A stretch of 63,671 bases of DNA, filler included, from Reclinomonas americana ATCC 50394 (Eukaryota): the NCBI GenBank assembly GCA_048213135.1. It is 12 parts of 6 records of this genome, joined end to end, with 100 filler letters (N's around TTAATTAATTAA, not from the genome) between each part and the next. Parts side by side here need not be neighbours in the genome. Positions count along the whole stretch, not along the records: positions 43,024 to 54,305 come from PS015618.1; positions 54,406 to 59,087 come from PS015618.1; positions 59,188 to 60,754 come from PS015619.1; positions 60,855 to 61,977 come from PS015619.1; positions 62,078 to 63,671 come from PS015622.1; 7 more parts are not named here. One strand, written 5' to 3'. This document shows positions 53,559 through 63,671 of this stretch, one piece after another. The notes under the pieces were generated by a model. The model saw nothing but the letters and a program-made list of their open reading frames with translations. It was not told where the DNA came from and made no database searches. The position numbers were made by a program, and so were the translations under genes. Positions within the stretch are counted from its first letter, which is position 1. Every line of letters starts with the position of its first letter.

Positions 53559-54035
53559 ACAGAGGAAAATATACGAAACACACGCATGCACACCACTCAA
53601 GGAGAGACATCAAGGAACAGGAAACACACACACACACACACACAAGCAAGACAAGACGAGTAGAAAACCAAGGCAAGAGAGAGAAAAGTAGCTGTAAGCT
53701 GTAGGAGAGGGGGAACCTCACATCCGACGCGGATGAACGGCCGCCCAGCATACATGCAAGGCAGCCATCACGCGCGGGGCTTGCCGCAGCGTCGACACCC
53801 TTCGCCAACCCGTCTCACCAAAATCCACGCGACAAGCGACACGGATGGAGAGAGACGAGGGGGAAAAGCGAGAGGCATAGACACAGGCACACACACATAC
53901 ACACTCTTGACGTGAGAGGGGGGGAGGCGCAACAACGTGGAAAAGAAGAGAGCGGGAGAGGGAGAGGGAGAGAGAGAGAGGGACGACTCCACAAGGAAAC
54001 GATGACTAATGTTGGTGCGGACGGCCTCCTCGCAC

Positions 54036-54277
54036 TCACTTGCCGTTCGAGTACTTTGAGGACTTGAGAATCTGTGACGAGCCTGGATGAGAACCGAGGA
54101 GTGCAACACGGGAAGAGATAGACAAGAGTCACGAGAACAGACCTGGAATGAGCACAGCAAATCCTCATTGACAGACATCATGGCCCCTGAGTTGTCGTAC
54201 TCGCCGGCGTAGTCCGGTGCTGAGAACACCGTGACCAGTTGCTTGTCGGCGAAGAACTCGTAGCCGTTTTCAAACAC
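54036..54277 (-). CDS. Last two exons of a PP1-like Ser/Thr phosphatase catalytic subunit (54277-54143, 54071-54036)
   Basis: [56 protein letters not shown] matches the PP1 C-terminal signature [32 protein letters not shown]...CSFQILK. Confidence 0.88.
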
Positions 54278-56248
54278 CTACACCAGACGAAGACGTGTAA
54301 GCCAANNNNNNNNNNNNNNNNNNNNNNNNNNNNNNNNNNNNNNNNNNNNTTAATTAATTAANNNNNNNNNNNNNNNNNNNNNNNNNNNNNNNNNNNNNNN
54401 NNNNNGCACTACTGACGCAGCCACAGAAAGAGCCACTCACGCACACAAACAAGTTGACACGACGGCCATGTGCAGTGCCATGTGCGCGCGCCCAACCCAC
54501 CGCGCACACAACACACGCACACCACCGCCTGCTCAGCCCACTCGCACACACACGCACACCACCACGCATCGACGCACAGAGAGCAAGGCGCGGGGCAGCG
54601 CAGTTGCACGGACATTTCGCCAGACGCGCGAAACACACACTGTAGAGCCTCCCCTCTTTCTTCGTCCACAATATGTCACTGCTCACACACACACTGCTCT
54701 CACACACAGAGAAGACTCTTTGCCCTCTCTCTCTCTCTCGCACACACAGCGGTGTGCACACCAGCTGACTGCATACTGCTGTGCGCATCGTATGATCAGT
54801 CACGCGCGTCGACAGACAACACGGACAACACCCCTCACATCGCGATCAAAGTGCCCACTCTCTGACTCGTCCTCACACGCACACACACACACACAGAGGC
54901 GTGCGCTGAGTGAGAGAGCAAACGGTCCATCATTGACGATTTCCTCTCATTTCGAGCAGACTGCTGAAATTCATCATGCACACAGCGACCGTGCGTGTGT
55001 GTGTGTGCGTGCGTGTGTGTGTGGGAAATGCCCAACCTCGCACTCACCGCACAGCGCGCGACTCTAATAAACAATCCAGCGGGTGTAAGGTGGAAGGCGG
55101 ATGGGGGTGCACACACAACCAGCAGAAAAAAACGTGTGCGTGTGTGTGGGTTGGAAGGGAGGAGGGATATACGAAAAAAATCAAGCGCGCGCGCTTGTGT
55201 GCGTGAGAGAGAAAGAGAGAGAGAGGAGGGTTGAGGGTGGGGTAGGCGAAACCGGGAAAAGGGAAAAGAGACACTGAGTGGCGAAGGGGGTGAGGAGCGA
55301 CACACTCACTCACACACACGAAGTGAGGTACGTTACACATATGACTCATCGCTGGCGATTTTTCCCCGCGCAAAATCGTACTTTGTTTTTTGTGTCGGTT
55401 TCCTTGCACATCTCAGCTGGAGCTGTGGAGGTGGACGTGTATCGCGAGACGAGCAGGTGGGCGATTCACCAAGGAGAAAACAAATAAACAACACCCACTG
55501 TGTAAAGACAAGAAACTGATCTCGAAATCTGCGCGATCTCGTCCCTTGCAANNNNNNNNNNNNNNNNNNNNNNNNNNNNNNNNNNNNNNNNNNNNNNNNN
55601 NNNNNNNNNNNNNNNNNNNNNNNNNNNNNNNNNNNNNNNNNNNNNNNNNNNNNNNNNNNNNNNNNNNNNNNNNNNNNNNNNNNNNNNNNNNNNNNNNNNN
55701 NNNNNNNNNNNNNNNNNNNNNNNNNNNNNNNNNNNNNNNNNNNNNNNNNNNNNNNNNNNNNNNNNNNNNNNNNNNNNNNNNNNNNNNNNNNNNNNNNNNN
55801 NNNNNNNNNNNNNNNNNNNNNNNNNNNNNNNNNNNNNNNNNNNNNNNNNNNNNNNNNNNNNNNNNNNNNNNNNNNNNNNNNNNNNNNNNNNNNNNNNNNN
55901 NNNNNNNNNNNNNNNNNNNNNNNNNNNNNNNNNNNNNNNNNNNNNNNNNNNNNNNNNNNNNNNNNNNNNNNNNNNNNNNNNNNNNNNNNNNNNNNNNNNN
56001 NNNNNNNNNNNNNNNNNNNNNNNNNNNNNNNNNNNNNNNNNNNNNNNNNNNNNNNNNNNNNNNNNNNNNNNNNNNNNNNNNNNNNNNNNNNNNNNNNNNN
56101 NNNNNNNNNNNNNNNNNNNNNNNNNNNNNNNNNNNNNNNNNNNNNNNNNNNNNNNNNNNNNNNNNNNNNNNNNNNNNNNNNNNNNNNNNNNNNNNNNNNN
56201 NNNNNNNNNNNNNNNNNNNNNNNNNNNNNNNNNNNNNNNNNNNNNNNN

Positions 56249-59003
56249 CCCGAACGTGCCTTGGTCGCCATGAGGCTCGCTCTCTGCCTCTCCCGAAGAT
56301 CACGCTCCGTGGGCACACCCGACAGCTGCAACACTCGCTCCTCTAATGCCTCCACGCGCGCAGTCAACAGGTTGATGGTGCGCACGCTGTTGGATAGGAG
56401 CTCATTCACATTGACCTCGAACTGGCGTTGTGACTGCGGCAGCGGGATTTCAGCACAAGAAGGCAGATTGAAAACGAAACACACACGCACAAACACACAC
56501 CTCAGCCATGCGTGTCACTTGCGAGACGATCTCCTCCAGTCGCTTCTCTAATCGCTCCGAGCGAATATCACTCACAGTGGGCGATCGAGCAGTGTCTTGT
56601 CCGCCCTCGTCGGTGGCCGTGATTTCCAGTGTGGCCAGCTGCTGCTGTCGTTGCTGTTGCTGTTGCTGCTGTTGCTGCAGCTGCTCAATGGCGCGCTTGC
56701 GAGCGGCGGACACTGCCTCCACCGACGGCACTCGGACAACGCGAGGGGCTTCGGCGGCACGCTTGGCGATCCGACGAGCCGAGATTCGCACGGCATCGAC
56801 GCTGCTCAGAATCGGTGTACCCGACAGACCCAGCACCACGCTCCGCGTGGCACCGTTGCCGCGGGGACTGTGGTTGCCGTTGGCAGCTGTCGGCGAATCG
56901 CGATCACTGCTGGGCGAGGTGTAGGTCGTCGAGCTGCTGGGTGAGTGGCCTCGTATCCTCATCACTTGTGGCTGGAACTTGGTCGCCTCGCTGGCCCGCG
57001 GCGACAACCGATGCGTCACAGAAGCGGCTGGAGGCGACTCAAGGTGCAGCGCTGGTAGCAGTGGCGAGACGGCAGCAGAAGCAGTACCATTCGACGACGA
57101 CGCCGATCCGACGCGAACCACCAGCGGACCACCGCCAGCACCACCACCGTCGGTCGGTGCCACGGCTTCACCTTCGCTGTCGGCTGCAGGTTACGAATAC
57201 AATTCGTTCAGTCAATCACCATGCAACGTAACCAGGAGAGCGCAGGCGGCGGCACGCGCAACTGTCTCCATTGGCATCAAACAACTCATTGTCGCCGTCG
57301 CTTCCGTCATCATCGTCGTCCTCAATGATACCAGCTGCGATTCGATCCTCGCGCGACATGAGCGGCGGCGGTGATCGAGCACTGGCGGCAGCCGAAGCGG
57401 ACGAAGCAGGTGATCCCGTGTCGGTGCGCGACGAAGGCGGCACACGCTTTGGCGAGCGTGGTGGTTTGGGAGATGGCCGATTCAGCGCGCGATCGACAGG
57501 CGACGGACACACCGACTCGAATGTCGACAGCGCCTCTTCGGCTTCCTCGCGCACCGGGCGCATCTTGTCGCGTTTGGCCACCGCCAGTGTGCCAATGGCC
57601 TCCGAGCGCAACGCAGTGGCCTGTGCCACCACCGTAGGCGGCACTGGGAAATTACCGTGAACCTCCACTCGTCGTTCGCGCCGAGCTGCACCATCGACGT
57701 TAGACAACAAGAGCAAGGAGACAGTGCTCGGCGATGAGCAGTGGTGACGCAACCGGCTCCACGAGGCGACGCCAACTCCTCAATGTCGGCCACACCTCGC
57801 ATCGGCGGCGCCAGATGGCGCGACGTCATGCCCAGGAAGCGAACGGCGGCCCGCCGTGATGTCCAACTGATGGACTTGCGCACCTCGGCCGACGCCAGCG
57901 AGATCCACTGCGTTGTCAACGCACACACACACACGTGCACACACACAAAAGTAAGTCGCACTGCGTCGCGACGGTGCACTACGTGATCAACCATGCACAC
58001 CTGCTGCAAATGCTGGAAAAACGGGTCGCGCCACGCGACAACGAGACCGTCTTGCTCGGCCACATGCAAGTGAGCGAGGGCGGCCTCAGAAAGAGCACGC
58101 GCGCTCTCAAAGAAGGGCGACTTGGTTTCGCCAGGTCGCATGGACTTGAGCAGCAGGCCAGACACCACCGAGAGAATCGAATAACGGGTGACGGCGTCGC
58201 TGTCGTCGGGATCGACTTCCTCATTGGTCTTCGAGTGGCGCAGCAGCAGTGACTTGCCGGCCGTGAACATGCGACCCATGCACATGGCTGCACTCAGACC
58301 CGTGCTCTCTCGCAACTGACTGCTGCGCATCAACTCCAGTAGCGATTCGACCAGCGACAGCAGCGGAATCGTGTTGTTCTCCACACAACAGTGATACACC
58401 ACGCGCTCGGCAGCATCCGCGCAGGCCATCTTCACCTCGCGTTCTGCATCCTTCATGCGCTCCTTCAGCAGGCGGAACAGGCGCTGCACGTGACCAATCG
58501 CCAGGTGCGCCCCGTATCGCTGACAGATCTCGCCGGCAATCTACAACGCACACGTCGTCAATCAACACTCTTTCAACTCGACTCACTCGCTCCCCTCTCA
58601 ACGCACCATCGCACACGACTGGCGGAACCACAGCGTCCCGCCTCCACCCATCAGATCCGACACTGCACCCGTGCCGCTTCCACCGCCTCCACCCGCACCT
58701 CCACTCAATCCGTGCCCACCCATGGCCGACACCAACGACGACAACGCCGACACACCACCTCCACTGTTGCCGAACTTGATCTCCGACGACAGCTGCTCCG
58801 CCAGCGCGTGTAACCGTCGCGGAAACATGTCATCGTCCTCGGGCCCTGATATGATAATGTATGTCAAAAAGTGTGTGAGCTTCGCATCGGATGGGAGCGG
58901 GCCCTGCTTGCGACAAACCTGCTTGTGCGAGAAGAGCACGTAGTTCACTGCGCCCGCGCTCCACAGTGTCTCGATTGTCGCACAGCAAAAGTGCCTTGGC
59001 CAC
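56249..59003 (-). CDS. TORTIFOLIA1/SPIRAL2-like HEAT (TOG-like) protein with a disordered linker, poly-Q and a coiled coil; both ends in gaps
   Basis: LLCDNRDTVERGRSEL, LKERMKDAEREVKMACADA, SAAMCMGRM, WTSRRAAVRFL, KRDKMRPVREEAEEAL and SVRTINLLTARVEALEERV occur in the same order as remembered TOR1/SPR2 motifs. Confidence 0.75.
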
Positions 59004-59325
59004 CTGCGACACACACACATGAACGAGAGTCGCTCAATACCTCGTACACACATCGATCGAGCACGCAGGCGTGTGCGTGCGTGTGGGNNNNNNNNNNNNN
59101 NNNNNNNNNNNNNNNNNNNNNNNNNNNNNNNTTAATTAATTAANNNNNNNNNNNNNNNNNNNNNNNNNNNNNNNNNNNNNNNNNNNNAGCTAAGAGGTTT
59201 ACGGTGATTCGAGGTCCAGTTTGGAAGACGATAAGGACTTGGAACGCAAGGACAGAGAGACAGGCAGTCGACACGTAGAGCGAGTATAGAGAGAGAGAGA
59301 GAGGGAGACAGAGAGAGAGACTCAC

Positions 59326-59626
59326 CGGCCTCTCGTGGACTCATTCCACCAAACATGACAGTGATGGTGTCGACTGGCTGCCCCGAGCTTGTGTAAAGCT
59401 GTACGGCAAAGTAGACTCCGCTGACGACTGCCGGTCGTCGCACTCGCCACTCCGCATCCAACGCGGCGTCCTCCTCCTGCTGAATGCGCAGCCATTCGTC
59501 GTCTTGAGGCGATGATGTGTTGTTGTCGGTGAGAGATGTGTCGGTGGCGAGGGCGTGGATGGTGAGCAGGAGGAGCAGGAGGAGCAGGAGAAGAGGGAGG
59601 GCGGTGAAGAGTCGCTTGCGTTTCAT
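59326..59626 (-). CDS. First exon of a secreted or surface protein, possibly Kelch-like; remainder in the gap
   Basis: Signal peptide MKRKRLFTALPLLLLLLLLLLTIHALA, an acidic spacer, then ITVMFGGMS and a G|GTGAGT donor. Confidence 0.55.
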
Positions 59627-60914
59627 TGTTTGTCTTGTCGGGGAATATTTCGTGTCCTGCGCTTGCTGGTGGTCGAGAGAAGCTTCTGCGCGGGGGAGAG
59701 TGGTTGGTGTGATGTAGTGCTGTGGTGGTGGCTTGTCGGAGGTGACGGATCCGCAGTTTGGCGACTTGGCTACGTCGACGTCGATGTGTTTGCCTCGAGC
59801 TCGTTTCGTGCGTGCGGAGTTGCAGGCTGGCACGTCGGAGACAAGGTAATGCGGGTAATGCTTCATGCTTCGCCGTCTCGTAATAGGCTTTGCGTGTGGG
59901 GGAAGGACCTGATCATGAGCTGTGCAAGTCAAAATTTCTTTCTGACGTTCTCAACTGCAAATCTCCACTTTCGTAGCGCAATCCAATAAGCAGCTGTCGG
60001 TAGTGATTATGCAGGTAACAGGCGAGTGCAGCGCTTGGCTGAACCCCAAAATCGATTTCTTCGCTTTGGTTTCTGTGTCCCACCGGACGCCAACGTCTCC
60101 GTGTTGTCCATCGGTGAGCGCCCTCGCCCTCCCTCCCTGCTCTCTCTCTCTCTTTCCATCTACTCCAGCCTAGCACAGAGATACTACCAGTTGTCTCGCT
60201 GGTTCACAGAGTGAGAGTGGCGTTGTGAGTGTGTACACGTAAGAGCGATCGACGCAAACAGCGTTCATCGGATTCCTCTCATGTGCTCGTTGAACACTTG
60301 CTCTGTCTGCCTCTATCACACGCGCATACACATACATACACGCGCACAGTCAGTCAGTCATTCGCACAGCGTTGAGGAGCAGTGGAGTGCGTCTTTTTCG
60401 TGTTGTAACTCCTCAATTGTCTCAAGCACACCATGACACTGTCGAGCGCACTCATGACACACCACCGTGCCGTTAGTGTGTATGAGTGGGCGTGCGTGTG
60501 TGTGTGCGAGAGAAGAGAGCGAGGGAGAGCGTGATTGTCGTTAGTTGTCGCGGAACTGAGATGTCCCATGTCCTCACAACTCTCTTCTCTCTCACCCGCA
60601 CGCAGGTGTGTGTGCGTGGGTGTGTGAGCGTGTGAGAAGAGTGAGTGCGTCTGCGCACCTTCAACTGCAACCATGGACGGCGCAGGGCAAGAGATTGTCA
60701 AGGTGCGCAAACAGAAGCAGTCTCTCTCACGCACACACTCTTACTCATCATATTNNNNNNNNNNNNNNNNNNNNNNNNNNNNNNNNNNNNNNNNNNNNTT
60801 AATTAATTAANNNNNNNNNNNNNNNNNNNNNNNNNNNNNNNNNNNNNNNNNNNNTTAAGCGAGCATCATGGAAGGGATTATTCGCTCACACTCTCTTCTT
60901 TTGCCTGCTTGCAG

Positions 60915-61920
60915 TGAACAACGCACCGGTGGATCTGCGAGTTTCCGCCTCCACATTCCCGTACGGCTGCACACCCGGAACGCAGCTGGCGGTACTTACG
61001 CCGGTGGATGACACAAATCCACCGTACGCCTTCTCAATTGTGAACCAGTTCCCCGCGGCTTCGGTGGCCATTGCGGGTTTGTCATCTACCCGCCTCTGCA
61101 TTGCCCCTCTGCCAGCACTCTATTGACTCGAGTCCATGTTCATGCAGGCAATGCCATTCAGTCGGCCGCGATGTTCCTTACTGGCACCGTCACACTTGTC
61201 GTGCGAGTGACGGACACCAGCAACCCCACTCTCTTCTTCGACAAGAATGTCGTGCTCACTGAGGGTACGCCCTCTCTCTGTCTGTGCCAATGGCAGCGAT
61301 TAACTGATTGACTGACGATCACTGATGCACAGGCCCCGTGACGCCGTCTACTCTGACTCTGACTTTGGGTTCGGCGACGTTGGCGCTGCCGGCTGCAGGT
61401 GCGTCACGGCTACACGGTGCATCGGTGTGGCTCCGAGATCATCTGCTGACCATTGTAATCATGCAGCTGCCACTGTTGTTGGTGCACTGTCGGCGAGTCC
61501 TGCCAACACCGGCGACAGCTTCACGTACACACTTGTGGCTGGACCGGGTTCTACAGACAATGCTCGGTTCGAGATCAGCATGCAGTCACTGGCGGTTAAC
61601 TCGATGGTCGCACTGTCGCCACCGCAGGCGCGCGTACTGCGAGTGCGGATCCGCGCCACAGCTGACGCGTCTGGGCTGTACACCGAAGAGAGCTTCGCCA
61701 TTCAGGGTACTCCAGCATTGTGACGCCAGCGTTTGTGTCGCGCATGAGTGGCTGTGTCTGACAAGTCTTCGTCACTCGCAGTAAACGCGGCTCCGACGGC
61801 CGTAACAATCTCCACCAACACCTACCTGCCTGGCTCGCCGGCGGGAACAGTTGTGGGTGTGCTCTCTGCCACCGACGCCGACACCATGGACTCGTGGACG
61901 TTCTCGTTGCCCGCTGGCCA
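60915..61920 (+). CDS. Internal exons of a protein with bacterial-type cadherin-like repeats
   Basis: NNAPVDL, VVGALSASPANTGDSFTYTLVAGPGSTDNARFEI...RVRIRAT...GLYTEESFAI and NAAPTAVTIS...AGTVVGVLSATDADTMDSWTFSL, separated by short GT-AG introns. Confidence 0.75.
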
Positions 61921-62128
61921 GTTTGTTCGTACACCGCGTCGTGTCATGCTGCTGTCTGTTGGCCTCTTCAGCTCACCNNNNNNNNNNNNNNNNNNNNNNN
62001 NNNNNNNNNNNNNNNNNNNNNTTAATTAATTAANNNNNNNNNNNNNNNNNNNNNNNNNNNNNNNNNNNNNNNNNNNNCAGAGAGAGAGAGAGAGAGAGCA
62101 GGAGGAGGTGTGAGAGATTGAGGCTCAC

Positions 62129-62335
62129 CCCCTGCTGCAGCTTGTCGGCCAAGTACATGCGACATGCAGTAAATTGCAACTTGTAGCCCCTGTGTGTCGC
62201 TCCGAGATACTCACTCCGCGCTCGGTTGCGGTCTTCCCGCGTTGGCGTGACAGGCCACACCACAGAAAACAGCTCTTGAATGGCATCAGAGTGCCACTTG
62301 GCAATGAATTCGGGCGAGTAACCGGCGCCTGACAT
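62129..62335 (-). CDS. First exon of a small uncharacterised protein sharing the LADKLQxG motif with the ankyrin protein
   Basis: MSGAGYSPEFIAKWH...CRMYLADKLQQG followed by a G|GTGAGC donor. Confidence 0.55.
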
Positions 62336-62801
62336 GGTGTGCGCTCGCGGGGTGAGAGAAAGAGTCGATGAACAGGACCCGCCCGCCTTCTGGCTTTTCG
62401 CCGGGTTGCAATCAGACCTGTCAGGCCCTGTCGGGAATGTTTCGCGGAGGGGTGTTGACGGAATCGTTCGCTGTCGTGTTGCTGCTTGACACCTTGCACA
62501 CGTACACAACACAGCACACGCGCACAACACACCGACACACCTGCACGCCACGACAAGTCGACATGGCCGTCGTCATGATCACTCCCCGACCACACTTTCC
62601 CGCAGCCGCGCCCTCGATAAACTCATTCCCTCTCTCTCTCACACACACACAAACGCACACACACATGCCTCAAAAAACCACGCACGGCCCGCACAAGAAA
62701 ACCAGTCCTCGCCATTCCACCACTCCGCCCAGCCAACCAACCACCCGGACGTTATTCACAATCACACTCACACACTCCCTCACGCTTTCTGAGAGAGAGA
62801 A

Positions 62802-63447
62802 ATGGCCGACGCAGTGAACATCGGCGACCTCGGTCCCGTCGAGGACCTGCCTCGCGAGCTGTTGAACCAGAAAAACAGAGAGTTGACAGACAAGGTAAAG
62901 AAACACACACACACACACTCTCTCACACACGCACACACACACGACTGTCACACTGCACCTGTGCGCCTTCTCTCATTCTCTATCTCTTTTCACACACACA
63001 CTTTGCACTTTGATGACACTCACTCACTCTTCGCTTTCTCTCACTCACACAGCTTCGAGCGGAGGAGGCCAAGATCGCGCAACTCGAGGTGCAAGCCGAC
63101 GAAGAAGACACGCGCGTGCGCATTCTGCGAGAGCACTTGAAGAATGTGCGCAGTGAGGTGGCCAACACACAGAGCATTGTGGAGGCCAAGAACCGCGAGT
63201 TGGAGTCGGAAGACCACCTGCGCACTCTGAAAGAGCGCGAGGTGGCACGCATTCGCAAGGATCTGGAGGCGCTGGATAAGGAGAACAGTGAGCTGCAGGA
63301 GCGACTGAATGCGACGCAAAACTCGATTTTTTTGGCCACGGAACGCCTCGATCAGTTCCGCGTGCAAATGAACTTCAATCAGGAGGAGTTGGAGCAGTGG
63401 GCGCTCGCGGAGAAGCAGAAGGATGATGATCAGATGGCGATTGAGCG
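62802..63447 (+). CDS. CCDC39: CCDC39/FAP59 axonemal 96-nm ruler protein, first two exons; the gene runs off the right edge
   Basis: REHLKNVRSEVANTQSIVEAKNRELESEDHL...REVARI...NSIFLATERLDQFRVQMNFNQEELEQWALAEKQKDDD is the typical CCDC39 N-terminal coiled coil. Confidence 0.9.
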
Positions 63448-63671
63448 GTGAGTTGAAAGGGAGGGAGGGAGGGAGGGAGGGGAGGGAGGGAGGGATGGGA
63501 GGGAGAAGGAAACGAAGTTGAGCTCTCTCTTTGTCTCTTGTTGAGTGCCTGACTGAGCGTTTCCTTTTTTGTTGGTGGCTTTCCTCTCCTGCTCTCCTGC
63601 TCTCCTTCTCTCTGTTGAGTCTCTGACAGTGCGTTTCCAAGTCTCTTAAGTGTCTTTCTCTCTCTCTCTCT

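Noticed and set aside
17678..62033. Identical palindromic TTAATTAATTAA occurring 11 times, each centred in a 100-nt N block
   Set aside because: This is an artificial six-frame-stop gap spacer, not biology. The true gaps are larger than shown: the one at 17634 must hide the end of one gene and the start of the next, and glutaminase spans another.
1..63671. CRISPR arrays, rRNA/tRNA genes, transposase or reverse-transcriptase ORFs
   Set aside because: None were recognised by eye. Small RNA genes cannot be excluded without a covariance-model search.

Overview
Eukaryotic nuclear scaffold: intron-rich, GC-rich in exons, microsatellite-rich, with many N gaps, 11 of which hold an artificial TTAATTAATTAA spacer. 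The organism is probably a flagellated protist (it encodes CCDC39), but I cannot name it. I spliced the genes by hand. Left to right they are: the first exon of a probable membrane protein (-), an ankyrin-repeat protein with a C-terminal F-box-like motif, three tandem paralogous armadillo-repeat genes (two with a visible N-terminal ubiquitin-like exon) built as one repeat per symmetric phase-1 exon, a CBM9/DOMON-like protein, an orphan probably secreted protein (-), glutaminase, ZNF593/Bud20 (-), an intronless 4xCCCH-vWA protein (-), kinesin-14, ATG5, exportin-7, the 3' end of a divergent PP1 (-), a TORTIFOLIA1/SPIRAL2-like HEAT protein (-), a secreted-protein 5' end (-), a bacterial-type cadherin-repeat protein, a small orphan (-) and CCDC39. 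Two signals stand out. First, about 22 introns use an atypical donor GTTGCG, which is the usual GTGCG(T) shifted by one base, almost only when the exon does not end in G. Second, the UBL-ARM cluster has a modular exon-per-repeat structure. All gene identities come from remembered motifs; no database search was run.
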